From positions 88,763,691 to 88,827,690 of the forward strand of contig NC_090387.1 in the NCBI RefSeq assembly GCF_036365525.1: a stretch of DNA of 64,000 bases, written 5' to 3'. How positions within the stretch are numbered: the first letter of the stretch is position 1; every line of letters starts with the position of its first letter. The notes under the pieces were generated by a model. The model did no database searches and was not told the DNA's origin. It saw only the letters and a program-made list of their open reading frames with translations. Made by a program: the position numbers and the translations under genes. Shown here piece after piece: positions 26,816 through 41,141 of this stretch. Source of the DNA: Heterodontus francisci (taxonomy: Eukaryota).

Positions 26816-27949
26816 AGCATTGTGAAATAACTTAAGTTACATAGATTAACACGTAAGAATTATGCAGCTCTCCAATTTATTCACGAGTTGTTACTGTAAA
26901 ATTATAAAGTTACTAAAAGTTACTCACCAGTGTATTAATTGTTCAAATCCAGCTTTGAAACTACAGCATTTGTGCAGCCTGCTGATCAGCCTTCTGGGAA
27001 ATGAGATTTAAACAAACCGCAAAGTTGCACTGAAACTCTGCTTGAACAGTTGCGCTGTTATATTTCATGAGAAATGGAATAACTGTCTCAAAGTGATGAT
27101 GTGTGTTGATTTATGCTAGTTCCTTAGAGAAGCAGCAGGTTTTGTAACAAATGTTAAAGCTGGAGAATTGATGAACAATAACGATATTATAAAGCATTAC
27201 ACGTAGAAGTTTCGCGGATGTTTTCTCGACTTTTTATCATAACTTGAGCAGCAACTTAAATCTCTAACTGTTCATAACAAGAGTTGTGTAACTGAGGTAA
27301 ATATAGTCTGTGAAGCATAAGTTTCTTAAATAAATAAGCAATAAGAAAGGGTCCACCGGGGTTCTCCCATGTCTCCTCATAAATATACTATGGTATCAAG
27401 AGCATTCTGTGAGCAACAGTTGTTGGTTTGATAAATGATTGTACGGGGATGGATACGATATGGGATGCTATGAGTCTCACTTACAAATTAGGTGATAGAA
27501 TTACGGATACACCCAAAACAAAAGCCCGGAATTTCCCCTGGGTTCTCAGCTTTCTGCCATCGACGGAAACCTGGGATAAGTAGTTTACATGATTAACCAC
27601 TCACGGAAAATCATCGCCTGGTCTAGTCGATGGCATGAGTGTTCATGGCTGTAAGTTCAGCAGCTATTGGTCTGCTCTGCCGCCATGTTGAAGGGAGTGT
27701 CGACAGCAATCTGCGTATTTAGTGCCTCAAATGTAGAAAAAAATGTCTGAGTTCTTCACTGACGCTGAACCAGATAGAACAACACCACGAAGCCAAAGAA
27801 ACCGATCCATACATGAATAATCAAAGCTCGACAAAAAAAAGGCGCGTTTGGAGGATAGTGTTCAAGTAGATGAGAGTCGTGAAGAATAGATTAACTGTAC
27901 GAATTATAGAGAGGATGGTTGGATGGTTGAAGTCACTTGCCAATGATGG

Positions 27950-28560
27950 AGTGAAGAATTGATGGAAGAGGAGATCTCAGAGTGATTAAGGCTGGATGAG
28001 ATTACAGAGATGGAATGGAATAAAGACCATTGTTGAATTTTAACACAGGGATGAGAATTTAATATCTGAGGGATTGAGAGACCAGGAACCAATGTAAATC
28101 TGTGAACAGGGCACAAGTGAGACGTGGTTCAGAATTGCTTGTGGGCTTTGTTTGAGCTGACGCTTCAGGATTCGGACGGGTTGGTAATCGACCCGCACGC
28201 ATTGCAATATAAACATACAATTCTGGAAAAACTCAGAAAGACAGATAGCGTTAGCACGGTTAACGTTTATGGTCGATGACATTTCCTCAGATCTCTGCAT
28301 TGCAGTAGTACAATCTGCATGTTAACAAGGGATAGATCAGGATTTAAGCAGAAGACGAACTGGGACAGATGATGCTGCAGAAGTGGAGCGGGGGGAGGTG
28401 GGGAAGTGGGCATTCTTCGTAATAGAGAAGATATGGGGTCTGAGACCCAACTAGAGGTCAGAAAGGACGTCAAAGCTGAGAATAGTCTGGTTCAGCCTGG
28501 ACTGTGGCGAGGGTGGATGATGGGATTGGTGGATAGGTTGCATGCTTGGCAACAGAGGCT
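27950..28560 (-). mobile_element. Old L2-like LINE fragments
   Basis: Degenerate similarity to the 9930-10740 block. Confidence 0.35.
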
Positions 28561-29214
28561 GAATATGATGGAGTAGCTCCTCTCAAGACGCTACAAATGC
28601 TCTTCTGCTGTCTACTGCGCAATACTTTCGAAATGATGAACTACAATTCCATACCAAGTAAAGTAAATTAATTGCATAGTGTATGGTATGGTGTCATATC
28701 ATCCACTTCCTTTTCATTTAACTTGAAGGTGTAAAATCGGAATCATAGAAAATGCATCTGTATGAAGCAGTGCAAAATAAAGAATCTTCCACTGCATTGT
28801 TTGTAATTATACGGATACCATGCCTAACTCGGAGCATTTTAACACAATTTTTAATAGTGAATCAACAACATCAGCGGAACACGGGAAATATGTTTTGTTT
28901 CTTTCTCGTTACTATATATTCAATGTGAAATAGTGGTGGGGTAATTAAGAAATCTGCATTCAGAGTAAATGTTACTTGGGGCAGAATGAGTGTGTTAAAA
29001 TATAAATAAATATAACTCGATTTAAAAACAGGCATTAAATGAATGAGTATTGGATTTAAGGAAGTAGAACCCCATTTAGGCATTATGGTTAAATTTGAAA
29101 CGTACAAATTATCTCGATCTGTTTAGTAATACAATATAGATTGTCCGAATAGATGTACAGGTTATCAAAGACACAACAGATGAACAGCACACACATGCAA
29201 CGTTACATTATACG

Positions 29215-29685
29215 AAATGAAAACAATAAATGCTGGAAATACTCTGCAGCTCTGGCTGCATCTGTGGAGAGAGAAGCAGAGTTAACGTTTCAGGTCAGTG
29301 ACCCTTCATCAGAACTGACAAATATTAGAAATGCAAAAGGTTTTAAGCAAGAAAAGCGGGGGTGGGACAAGAGATAACAAACGAGAAGGTGTTGATAGGA
29401 CAAGGTCACAGAGAATAACTGACCAGAAGGTCATGGAACTAAAGTGAACGGTATGTTGATGGTGTGGTGGAAGACGTAGCATTAGTACAGAGAGGGTGTC
29501 AATTGACTGTAAAATGAACAAGCACAAACATTTAAAAAGCAGTGTGTAGGCACAGCAGAAACAAGCTAAACAATCTAAAATAAAATAAACAAATAAAAAA
29601 GAAAAAAAACTAAAATAAAAAGGGGGGCCCGTCATGCTCTGAAATTATAGAATTCAATGTTGAGTCTGGTAGGCTTTAGCGTGCT
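29215..29685 (-). mobile_element. Penelope-like element 3' end (ORF C-terminus plus terminal repeat)
   Basis: Minus strand ..TLKPTRLNIEFYNFRA* (~29632-29683) resembles the end of the PLE GIY-YIG domain. It is followed by the repeat shared with 41-203, 19983-20047, 32193-32340 and 47941-48150. Confidence 0.65.
29277..29317 (-). ncRNA. Minimal type-I hammerhead ribozyme motif
   Basis: Minus strand cAGTT-CTGATGA-a-GGGTC-act-GACCT-GAAA-CGTT-AACT: intact core, stem II, palindromic AACGTT stem III and short stem I. Confidence 0.6.
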
Positions 29686-29689
29686 TAAA

Positions 29690-30070
29690 GGGGCGACATG
29701 ATAGAGGTTTACAATGTTATGAGCGGCATGGGCAGAGTTGATAGTCAGAAGCTTTTTCCCAGGGTGGAAGAGTCAGTTACTAGGGGACATAGGTTTAAGG
29801 TGCGAGTGGCAAAGTTTAGAGGGGATGTGCGAGGCAAGTGTTTTACACAGAGGGTGGTGAGTTCCTGGAACTTGCTGCCAGGCGAGGTGGTGGAAGCAGA
29901 TACGATAGCAACATTTAAGAGACCTCTTGTCAAATACATGAATAGGAAGGGAATAGATGGATATGGGCCCCGGAAGTGCAGAAGGTCTTAGTTTAAGTAG
30001 GCATCAAGATTGGCACAGGCTTGGAGGGCCGAATGGTTTGTTCCCGCGCTGTACTGTTCTTTGTTCTTTG
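29690..30070 (+). mobile_element. CR1 3' end fragment
   Basis: ORF 29698-29991 (TRGHRFKV..FTQRVVSSWNLLP); tail tgttctttgttct. Confidence 0.85.
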
Positions 30071-31057
30071 TTGAATGTCAAGGGGAGAAGATTCGATTCT
30101 CTGCTGTTGGAGATGGTCATTGCCTGGCATTTGTGTGGTTCGAATGTTACTTGCTACTTATCAGCCCAAGTCTGGATATTGTCCAAGTTTTGCTGCATTT
30201 CTACACGGACTGATTCAGTATTTGAGGCGTTGTGAATGGTGCTGAACGTTGTGCAATCATCAGCGAACATCCCCACTTCTTTATGATTGAAGGAAGGTCA
30301 TTGATGAAGCAGCTGGAGATGGTTCGGCCTAGGACAATACCCTGAGGAACTCCTGCAATGATGTCCTGGAGCTCAGATTATTGACCTGCAATAACCACAA
30401 CCATCTTCCTTTGCGCTAGGTATGACTCCAACCAGCGGAGGGATTTCGCCCTGATTCCCATTGACCTCAGTTTTTCTAGGGCTTATTGATGTCGTACTCG
30501 GTCAAATGCTGCCTTGATGTCAAGGGCAGTCACTCTCACCTCACCTCTTGAGTTCAGCTCTTTTGTCCATGTTTGAACCAAGGCTGCAATGAGGTCAGGA
30601 GTTGAGTGGCCCTGGCGGAACCCAAACTAAGCATTACTGAGCAGGTTATTGCTAAGCAAGTGCGGCTTGATGGCACTGTTGATTACACCTTCCATCACTT
30701 TACTGATGATTGAGAATAGGCTGATGGGGTGGTAATCGGGTTGGACCTGTCCTGCTTTTTGTGTACAGGAAATACCTGGGCAAATTTCCACATTGCCAGG
30801 TAAATGCCAGCGTTATAGCTGTTCTGGAACAACTTGGCTCGAGGCGCAGCAAGTTCTGGAACATAGGTCTTCAGTCCTATGGAAGGAATATTGTCAGGGC
30901 CCATAGCCTTTGCAGTATCTAGTGCATTCAGTCGTCTCTCGATATCTCGCGATGTGAATCGAATTGGCTGAAGTCTGGCATCTGTGATGCTGGAGACTTC
31001 AGGAAGAGGCCGTGATGGATCATAACTCGGCACTTCTGGCTGAAGATTGTTGCAAAT
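30071..31057 (-). mobile_element. CR1-clade LINE fragment (second family)
   Basis: ORF 30695-31102 (KAMGPDNIPSIGLKTYVPELAAP); colinear with ~25160-26210. Confidence 0.85.
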
Positions 31058-34000
31058 GCAGGACCTCAAAGGTTGTAATCTTTGGAATATTCCCTGTGCC
31101 ACGTGCTAGCGAGTATAGCAATAGGAGGATAGAGCAGATGAATGAGTGGCTGAGGAGATGGTGCAAGAGCGAGGGCTTTAGGATCCTGGATCACTGGGTC
31201 TGTTTCTGGCAAAGGTGGGACCTGTACAAGTTAGACGGGTTGCACCTGAACTGGAACGGGTCCAGCATCCTTGCTGTGAGGTTTGCTAGTGTTGTGAGGG
31301 GTGCGGGAGGTGGGAGGGGGTTGGTGGTGGTAGGGGGGTGGGGCGCGGTGGGGGGCAGTTTGCGCTAATGTGGCAGGGCAATGGGATACAGAGTGGAGTT
31401 ACAGTAGGGGGTGAGGCACAGGCAAATATAGAAGAGAAACTAAGACAGTCTAGAAGGCAGAGCAAATATAGACCTGATAAGGCACGAGTGAAAAAGGCAA
31501 GACTGGATTGCATTTTCTTTAATGCAAGGAGTCTTTCTTGTAAGGCAATGAATTGAGGGCATTGATTAGCACATGAGATGGTGATATTATTGCTATCATG
31601 GAGACATGGCTGAGGGAGAGGCAGGACTGGCAACTCATTATTCCAGGGGATAGAATCTTCAGGCCTCATAGGGGAGAGGATAAAAGAGGAGGTGTTGATC
31701 AAGGAGTCAATTTTTGCAATAAGGAGGGATGATATCTTAGACGGTCCCTCAAATGAGAGCATATGGGCAGAACTTGAGAACAAAGTGTGGGGGGGGGGGG
31801 GGGAGGTGGCAATCACTTGGCTGAGCGTGTACTGCAGGCCTCCAAACAGTCAGAGAGAGATAGAGGAACAGATTTGTAGGCACATTTCAGGGAGGTGTAA
31901 AAATAATAGGGTAATAATATAAGGCGATTTCAACGTACCTAATATCAATTGGGATAGTCTTAGTGCAAAAGGCTTAAAGGGGGAGGAATTCTTAAAATGC
32001 ATACAGGAGTGCTTTTTGAGCCAGAACGTAGAAAGTCCTACAAGAGAAGGGGCAGTACTAGACCTAACCCTCGGGAATGAAGCTGTACAAGTGGTAGAAG
32101 TATCAGTGGGGGAGCATTTCGGGATAGTGACTATAACTCTCTAAGATTTAAGGTCATTATGGAAAAGGACAAAGACGGGCCAGAAACAAAGGCAAGAAAT
32201 GCTGGAATCACTCAGCAGGTCTGGCAGCATCTGTGGAAAGAGAAGCAGAGTTAACGTTTCGGGTCAGTGACCCTTCTTCGTCTCAATATCTCTGCCCCCC
32301 CTCACTCACTCTAACCTGTCCCCCTCTGAAAAATTCTCTTCCAGAAAACAAAGGTACTGAATTGGGGGAAGGCCGATTTAAATTTAATAAAACAAGATCT
32401 GGCCAAAGTAGACTGGGAGCAGTTACTTGTAGGAAAGTCTGCATCAGGCCAGTGGGAGTGATTCAAAAACGAAATAGTGAGGGTTCAGAGCCAAATGTAC
32501 CCATTAAGGTGCAGGGTAGGACCATTCAGTCTAGGAAACCCTAGATGTCAAGGGATATGGAGTATTGGATCAGGAAAAAAGGAGGCTAATGGCTGATTCG
32601 GAGCGCCAAAAACAGCGGTATCATTAGAGGAGTCTAGAAAGTGTAGGGGTACTTAAAAAGTAATTAGGAGAGCGAAGAGGGACAGGGGAAAAACATTGGC
32701 AGGCAATATAATGGAAAATCCTAACGCGTTTTATAAGATATTAAGGGCAAGAGGAGAACCAGGGAAAGAGTACAACTCATTAGGAACCAAAGTGGCAATC
32801 TGTGTGTGGAGCCGGAGGGCAAAGATGAGGTTTTAAGTCATTAATTTTCATCTGTTTTCACTGTGGGGAACGATGATGTGTGTGTAGAGATCAGGGAGGG
32901 GGATTGCGTTATACTTGAACATATCAACATTGAAAGGGAGGAGTGTGAGATGTTTAAGCGGGCTTAAAAGTGGATAAATCCCCAGGCCCAGATGAGATGT
33001 ATCCCAGCCTGTTATGTGAGGCAAGGGAGGTGCTAACACAAATTTTAAGATCCTTTCTGGCCACAGGAGAGGTTCCAGAGGACTGGGGGACAGCGAATGT
33101 GGTACTATCATTCAAGAAGGATAGCAAAGATAGACTAGGTAATTACAGGCCGGCGAGTCTAACATCAGTGGTTGGGAAACTATTGGAAAAAGTTCTGAGG
33201 GACAGGATTAATCTCCACTTGGAGAGGCGGGGAATAATCAGGGATAGCCAGCATGGCTCTATCAGGGGAGATTGTATCTAACGAACTTGATTTAATTTTT
33301 CGAGGAGGTGACTAGATGTGTTGATGAAGGTAAAGTAGTTGATGAGGTTTACATGGACTTCAGTAAGGCTTTTGATAAGGCCCCGCATGGGAGATTAGTT
33401 AAGAAGGTATCCATGGGATCCAGGGCAATTTGGAAAATGGGATCCAAAATTGGCTTAGTGGCAGAAAACAGAGGGTAATGGACGAAGGTTGTCTTTGCGT
33501 ATGGAAGCCTGTGACTAGTGGTGTACCACAGGAATTGGTGCTGGAACCTTTGCTGTTTGTAGTGTACATTAATGATTTAGACATGAATATAGGAGGTCTG
33601 ATCAGTAAGTTCGCAGATTATACGAAAATTGGTCGTGTCTTAAATAGTGAGGAGGAAAGCCTTAGATGACAAAACGATATAGATGGGCAGATAAGATGGG
33701 CAGAGTTGTGGCAAATGAATTTAATCCTGAGAAGTGTGAGGTGATGCATTTTGAGAGGGCTAAAAAGGCAAGGGAGTATACAATGGATGGTAGGATCCTA
33801 GGAGGTATAGAAGGTCAGAGGGACCTTGGTGTACTTGGCCATAGATCACTGAAGGTAGCAGCATAGATAGATATGGTAGTTAGGAAGGCATATGGGATAC
33901 TTGCCTTCGTGAGCCAAGGCATAGAACATAAGAGCAGGTAGGTTCTGATGGAGCTGTATAAAACGCTAGTTCGGTCAGCCGGAGTACTGTGTGCAGTTTT

Positions 34001-34515
34001 GGACATCTCACTATAGGAAAGATGTGATTGCACTGGAGAGGGTGCAGAGGAGATTCACCAGGCCTAGGCTGGAGCATTTCAGCTATGAAGAGAGACTGAA
34101 AAGGCTAGGGTTGTTTTCCTCAGAAAAGAAATGGATGAGGGCGGACATGATTGAAGTATACAAAATTATGAGGGGTATTGATAAGTTAGATGGGAAGAGC
34201 CTTCACGGAGGGGTGAATAACAAGGGGGCAAAGATTTAAAGTAAGGGGCAGGAGGTTTAGAGGGGATTTGAGGGAAAACAAAATCGCCCAGAGGGTGGTT
34301 AGAATCTGGAATACAACAGCTGAAGGGGTTGTAGAGGCAGGAACCCTCACAGCATTTAAGAAGTATTGAGGTGGGCACTTAAACCGCCATAGCATACAAG
34401 GCTACGTGTCAAGAGCTGGAAAATAGGATTAGAATAGTTAGCTGCTTGATGGCTGGCACAGACACAATGGACCGAAGGGCCTGTTTCAGTGCTGTATAAC
34501 TCTATGACTCTATGA
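31058..34515 (+). mobile_element. Long CR1 LINE (ORF1 esterase end, APE and RT), decayed
   Basis: DGLHLNW, ETWL, YCRPPNS, KSPGPDEM, NYRPASLTSVVGK, GVPQ, KFADY; (ATGACTCT)n tail. Confidence 0.92.
32193..32340. mobile_element. Penelope-derived insert in CR1, ~13-bp TSD
   Basis: ccagaaa(a)caaagg at 32180-32192 and 32341-32354; contains the same terminal repeat. Confidence 0.65.
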
Positions 34516-34639
34516 ATCTACTAGACCTGTTGAATTTTTCCAACATCTTCTGTTTTTACTACCGAATAGGAATACGGCTACGAAAGTTTCGCCAGGGCTG
34601 GGCAATATATATCAGCAGAATTATACAACGCAGAAGGGG

Positions 34640-35700
34640 ACCACTGCTCCAATCGGACTTCTTCCGGCTCCTTGAAAAAGCAAACAGATTAGTGTTAGTT
34701 CCCCGCTCTTTCCCATAGTTCTGCAGATGTTTTCTTTTCAAATATATGTCCAATCTCGTTTGAAAGTTCTATTTAATGTACTTCAACTCCCTTTCGGACT
34801 TTGTGTTTCCAATTTCACTATCTCGTTGCGCATAAAATAGTGTACTGATCTCCTCCCTGGTTCTGTTGGTAATTTCGTGAAGCTTTTCTACTGTGGTAAC
34901 CGACCCGACTGCTAGTTCAATGGTTTTCTCTTTATATACCGTATCAAAACCCTTCGTGACTTTTGAGCATCTCTTGAAAATCTCGCTTTAATCTTCTCCT
35001 CTGTAATGAAATCAATCCAAGTTTCACCCGCCTCTCCACATAATAGAATTCTCTCATCTCTAGCATCATGCTGAGAAATCTCCCCACCCCCATCATTGAC
35101 AAGTAAGTTTGTTCTGAAGTATTATCACTTGAGGATTCGCGCGACCAACGTTAGGCTGACCGTCATAGTTGGTTTACTTTTCTCTCCTTTTGTCGGAACA
35201 GGGGTGTTACATTTACAATCCTCCATCCTCTGTCATCAATGTCATATCCAAAGATGACCGAAAGTGTCTCGCCACAGCTTTCTCTACTGCTACTTAAGAT
35301 TCCCTCTCTAACTTAAAATGAATCACATCAGTACAGGAAAAGTTTCTGCTTTGTTTACTGCCATCGGACCAGGAAACTTTTCCCCTTTGAGCATTGCCTA
35401 TTTAGATACCTCCTCGTTATGCATTTTATCCTATCGAACGTATCTGCTGCTTCCTCCTTAACTGTGGCATTGGCAGTATCCTCTTCGTTGGTGAAGATCA
35501 ATGGAAGGTATTAGTTTAGGGCATCAGGCGTCACTACTGGTTCAACAGAAATATCTCCTTTCTGTTCCCCAATCAGCCAAACACTTCCAAAGACTACCCT
35601 TTTACTTTTTTATGGTTATATAAGACTTTTGTGTTCCCTGTTAAGTTACACAGTAATCTCATCTCATACGCAGTTTCTTCGATGCTCTACCACTGAAAGT
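34640..35700 (-). mobile_element. Highly decayed CR1-like fragments
   Basis: Weak reverse-strand similarity to CR1 RT and 3' regions. Confidence 0.4.
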
Positions 35701-36923
35701 GGTTTCACCTACTCCTGTCCATAACTGTGCCATTCCAAGTTGGCCTGCGAACATAATAATACATTTAGTTGTTATGTACATATGTCATAAACCCATCCCT
35801 CTCCTTCCGCATTATACTGTTTTCCTCGTAAGGATAATTGTGCACCCCCCCCCCCCCCCCCCCCCCCCACCGCCCATTAACACTACTGTATTATTCCATC
35901 ATCTTTGAAATATGTCAAATAATTCACATTAGTCACTGATATCCGTCATACAAGACACACATATCCCCGGTAAATGTGCCACTTATTGTGGCTTCATAGA
36001 ATTAGAAATATAAATTTGCGACACAGGAGGAATTACTTCGGCCCGTCATATTTGCGCTGGACAAAAGAATCATCCAGTCGAACGTCATTTTTCAGCTCCT
36101 GCACTGTAGCCTTTTAGGTTACTGCACTTCAAGTGCATAGATAAGTTTTTTTTAATGCATTGAGGGTTTCAGCCAGGATCTGACTGAATGGGGGAACAAG
36201 TTTGGAAGGCTAAAGTGCCGCCTCCTGTTCCTATTCTCAGCATCTGCAGTATTTTCCTATGGCAACACGTTACTGTAGCGAAGGATTTACAATATTTCAC
36301 GATATTGCTGGTGACTTCTGAACCAGCCTAGTTCATTGGATTCTTCCCACTCAACTCCAGACAATTCAGCAAGTCAATGTCCCGACAAATATAGGGTGGA
36401 CTTGATGGAAAAGTAACAGGAATATTTCCAGTTCTGTGCCGACAAGCTGCACAGATTACGTGGCTTGCAGCCTGTTGGCAGCCTTCCGACTTGAGGCAAC
36501 AATTTCTCAAGAGATACATGTGTAATTGTAAATGTTTACCCTCATTAGCGGATAAGCACGCCTCCACCCCACCCCCACCATCACCGTCTCTGTTCCAGAA
36601 CATTGGGAAAGTGGAAAATATAGTTTATGTCTTCACATGGAATCCGGAGAAAAAGTGTTAACTTTGCCATGTAGATATCCTCATCATTCGTATTCATCTT
36701 TGGTAAATGAACGATTCCGACCTCACTTCTCCATCTTTTTTTTATTCTCCGTCGTCAAATCCAATGCGGAAAACACTTTAAGCTAGAAATGACAGCTCCA
36801 AAGATGTTTTACCAAGAAAATCAAAACGACGAAGCATTAGCCCTGCTGCAGCCGTCTCCAGTTCATACAGAAGAAACGACCACGAACGCCTAAGTTAATA
36901 TTCTCATGTTTTCCGAAGTGGCG

Positions 36924-37520
36924 TGTTGTGCCGAATATGCACTTACTCTTAAAGAATCCGCCGGAATCCGATTGGTGAAAAGTATAACAATATTTTACTC
37001 ACACACTAAATCATCAAATACAAGCTCTCACTACTTGTACTGTATCAAAACTCATCAAAGTGCAAGCTCTCACTGCTTGTACAGTATACTACTCGTCAAG
37101 ACAGGAGGTGATCAGTCTCAGACTTGCGGCTGCTCTACTGTTCTCTGACCCCTGACTCATGGTATCTTCTCGAGTGCTCTTCCCCGGGGTTCTCGTACCT
37201 TCCTCAGTTTCAGTCAGGGGTTAAATCTTGTTTCCAAGATCCACCCCTCTTACTTACTCATAGGGGTCTGGTATACTGACATAATGATAATTCATTATTT
37301 GGCTCAGTGAGAACCTGTTCAAAACTTCACAGTTTCCCATTATCGACTATGAATCAAATCTTATCTAGCATCCATGCCGACATCTTTTATCTGCTACAAG
37401 AAAGACAGGGCCTGGTGTCATCAATATGCCCTATCCATACTGTTTACAATTCCTCGGCCATCTGTGTTCTGTGGCCCCTTTGTTTTAACTACGTTTTTAT
37501 GTGTTTTTACTGGGTCTACA
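36924..37520 (-). repeat. 3' LTR of ERV (597 bp)
   Basis: On the minus strand it starts TGTAGACCC right after the PPT and ends ..CAACA; 36924-37270 aligns with 43081-43402. Confidence 0.85.
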
Positions 37521-37849
37521 GTCCCCCCTTTGATCCTGCAGGGCTATGCCCAAGGGATCACACTCTCATGTCTCTTAGGTAGTACACTTGTGCAATTACA
37601 ATTGAATTTTCAAAGCAAAAGCATAAGCAGTGCAATGTTAAAGAAAGCACAATTTAAACATCACGATTACATAATCAATCAATTGTGCGAACAAAATACA
37701 GTCCCAATTTCATTCATAGAGTATGTTGATCTTTCATTAATTCTTTTTAAGTATATATAAAAACGTTATACAATTACCCTCGTGTTACATAACTAATTGT
37801 CTATCTTTTATCCAGCAAGTTCGAATACTAACTGCCTTGAAGGTAGCTG

Positions 37850-39740
37850 ACCTACCTATCTGCCTAATCCCGTCCTCCACTGTAGAGGAACCGTCAAGAA
37901 AGTTTTTTAGTGCTGGTTTGATTTCTGGCGCTTTCCCATATACACTCCCCATTGATTTTGACACAAAATGTCCCTTAGAGGGCCTTTGCTGTCAAAACCT
38001 GGCACTCATGGGATTCGCCCTGGTAGATTAAATTATCCACCAGGCACGCAGTAGTTCTTCTCTTTTTTACTGAAATGTCTCTGCCTTGCAAAATAAGGTC
38101 CACCGAGCAATACGATTCTGACTAACATTACCGTCCTTCAGTCGTCCATCCAGTAACAACTACTCAGTTAGAATAGTTATGGGACTGAGACCGACAATAT
38201 AAGCAAAATGTTGAACTGCCCAGAAGACGGCCAGCAAATGCTTTTCACACATTGTAAAAGCTCGTTCTACTGATGTTAACAAGCGAGATGGGTACGCCAC
38301 TGGACAAAATCGACCATTTTTTCCTGAAGCAATGCCACTGATAAGGGAGTATCTGTAGTAGCAATCACGAAGGCAAAGGGTAGGAATGGGTCCGGCACCT
38401 GTAGCGCCGGGGCTGTGGCTAGTGCCTGTTCCAGTTCTGCAACTGCTGATGTACACTCTGGTGTCCACACCCACTCGGAGTTCTTTTTCAGGAGATCATA
38501 TAAAGGGACTGCCTTTAAGGGAAATCCATCAATATGGTTCCTGCAATACCCACAAGGGCCAAAAATGATCTCAGAGCTTTAATACCTTGCGGTAGGGGGA
38601 GTTCGAGGATTGTCTCTACTCCCTTTTGCTCTATCTCATGCTTTCCTTGTGTTACCACTATTCCCAAATCAGAATCCTTTTCTTTCAATATCTGTGCCTT
38701 TTTCGGGTTAACTTTCACTCCTACCTTCCAAAGGAGTTGAAGGAGTTCCTCCAGTAGCTCTAAATGCATTTCCTTACTCTCCGTTTGGAGTAATAGGTCA
38801 TCGACATATTGGATCAAACATTCTGGTCGGGAGAAAGGACTTAACCATTTTGCCAACCGCTGGTGGAATATTGACGGACTATTATGAAATCCCAGAGGGA
38901 GACACGTCCAGGTGTACTGTTATCCCTGGAACGTACACGCAAATTTATATTGACACTCTTGTACCAGTCGTATGGTCAATAACCCGTTACTAATATCCAA
39001 CACAGTAAACCACTTAAACTGTGGGAACTGCTCCATTATTGTTGCAGGACTTGTTGCAACAGTAGTTGCTGTCAAGGGAGTGACCTGATTTAATTCTCGA
39101 TAGTCAATAGTCAAACGCCACGATCCATCTGGTTTACGGATGGGCCAAATAGGAGTGTTATTGGTGGATGCCACTGATCTTAATACCCCCTGTTGTAGGA
39201 AACTGTCAATGACCATCCTTACCTCTATCTCCGCCTGTTTGGGAAACCCGTACTGTTTCTGGGGTCGATGATCTGGCCCCTCAGCTAGGACGTCCCCTGT
39301 CATCCGTCCTCAATCATGCTTATGTGTTGCAAACACCGAATGGTGTTTTTCATTGATTTGCTGCGCTACCGCATCAGCAGTAATATCCTCTGGGTTTAAC
39401 CACAATTCTGCCATCGCACAGATTCTCTCTGTGTGTTGACCCATTTGGATCATACCAGAGAAACCATGCATGCTCGGCATCTTCCAAATGGAACAAGTCA
39501 CCGCATCAAAAGACAAACCTTGTTTCCTCGTTATATCTGATCCCAAAATGTTCTCCATCGATCGTCCCAACTTGACGATCACACATGTATGGTTAAAACA
39601 TTAATTTCCAAATCTGAATAGTAATGGTTTAGTCTCAATCCCTGTTTGAACGTGGCCTGTAAAGCCAGTTAGCATCACTTTATTCTGACTATGCCAAGAA
39701 TGGTCCGTTCCTTTAGATTGGTTCAGGACCATCCAGGAGG
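37850..39740 (-). pseudogene. pol: ERV pol: protease C-terminal part, RT, RNase H/tether, start of a second RNase H
   Basis: RPQKQY..VIDSFLQQGVL..STNNTPIWPIRKPDGSWRLTIDYRELN..VLDISNG..LPLGFHNSP..QYVDDLL..VAYPSRLL..CEKHLLAVFWAVQHF..DGSS. Confidence 0.88.
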
Positions 39741-39972
39741 ATACCGTTTCCCTTTTTAATGCTATGATTGTAAATAGTGGACTTTGCTTGTATTTACATT
39801 TATTTTGTTTTTTTTACGTGTATGTAACAATGATGGTTGTGTGTAGTAGAAATCACGTAACTGCAACAGATTTTACAATTACAAACTGTAACTGGATTCT
39901 GGCTTTGTTGAAGTTGTTCCATCAGAGGATCCCCTTCCAGAATTTGGAATGTCATTTATCTTGACAACATTG

Positions 39973-41040
39973 GCTTAGTGACACAAAATTGGCTTGGTGA
40001 CAGGAGGCAGAGGGTGGTAGTGGAGGGTTGTTTTTTCAGATTGGAGGGATCGGTGCTGGGCCCTTTGTTGTTTGTCGTATATGTTAATGACTTGGATGTG
40101 AATGTAGGGGGCATGATTAGTAAGTTTGCAGATGACACCAAAATTGGTGGTATAATGGTCAGTGAAGAAGGTTGCCTAAGGTTACAACAGGATATAGATA
40201 AACTGGGAAAGTGGGAAAGGATTGGGAAATGGAATTTAACGCGGACAAGTGCGAAGTGATGCATTTTGGGAAGTTAAACCAGGGCAGGACAGAGACAGTG
40301 AATGGCAGGGTCTTGGGGAGTGTTGTTGAGCAGAGAGACCATGGGGTGCAAGTACATGGTTCCCTGAAAGTGGCAACACAAGCAGACAGGGTGGTGAAGA
40401 AGTCGTATGGCATGCTTGCCTTCATAAGCCGAGGCATTGAGTATAAGAATTGGGACGTCATGTTACAGTTGTACATGACGTTGGTTAGGCCGCACTTCGA
40501 GTACTGTGTGCAGTTCTGGTCGCCGCACTACAGGAAAGATTTGGTTAAGCTAGGGAGGGTGCAGAAAAGATTCACAAGGATTTTGGCTGGTTTGGAGGGC
40601 TTGAGTTATAAAGAGAGAGCGGATAGGCTGGGTCTGTTTACCCTGGAGCAATACAGGCTGAGAGGGGACTAGATAGAGGAATATAAAATGATGAGAGGCA
40701 TAGATAGGGTAGATAGCCAGAGTCTGTTTCCTATGGTAGGTGTGACTAAAACTAGAGGGCATAGATTTAAGGTGAGAGGGAGGAGGTTTAAAGGGGATCG
40801 AGGGGGTACATTTTTCCCACAAAGAATAGTGGGTTTCTGGAATGAGCTGCCAGAGGAGGTGGTGGAAGCAGGAACAGTAGCAACATTTAAGAGGTATCTG
40901 GACAGGTATTTGAATGAGAAAGGCATAGAGAGATATGGAATTAATGCAGGCAGGTGGGATTAGTATAGATAAGCATTATAGTGGGCATGGATGCGGTGGA
41001 CCGAAGGGCCTCTTTCTATGGTGTATGACTCTTTGACTCA
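39973..41040 (+). mobile_element. 5'-truncated CR1 inserted into the ERV protease region
   Basis: ORFs 39978-40259, 40211-40672 and 40688-40963 (KFADDTK, RPHFEYCVQFWSP); tail atgactctttgactc. Confidence 0.92.
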
Positions 41041-41141
41041 AAAAACATAATGAGGCGGCCTCCTACCTCACTTTTCACCAACGGTCACCCAAACGGATCC
41101 CACCCACCTTTTCAAACCCACTCCACCAAGGCTTGACACCA

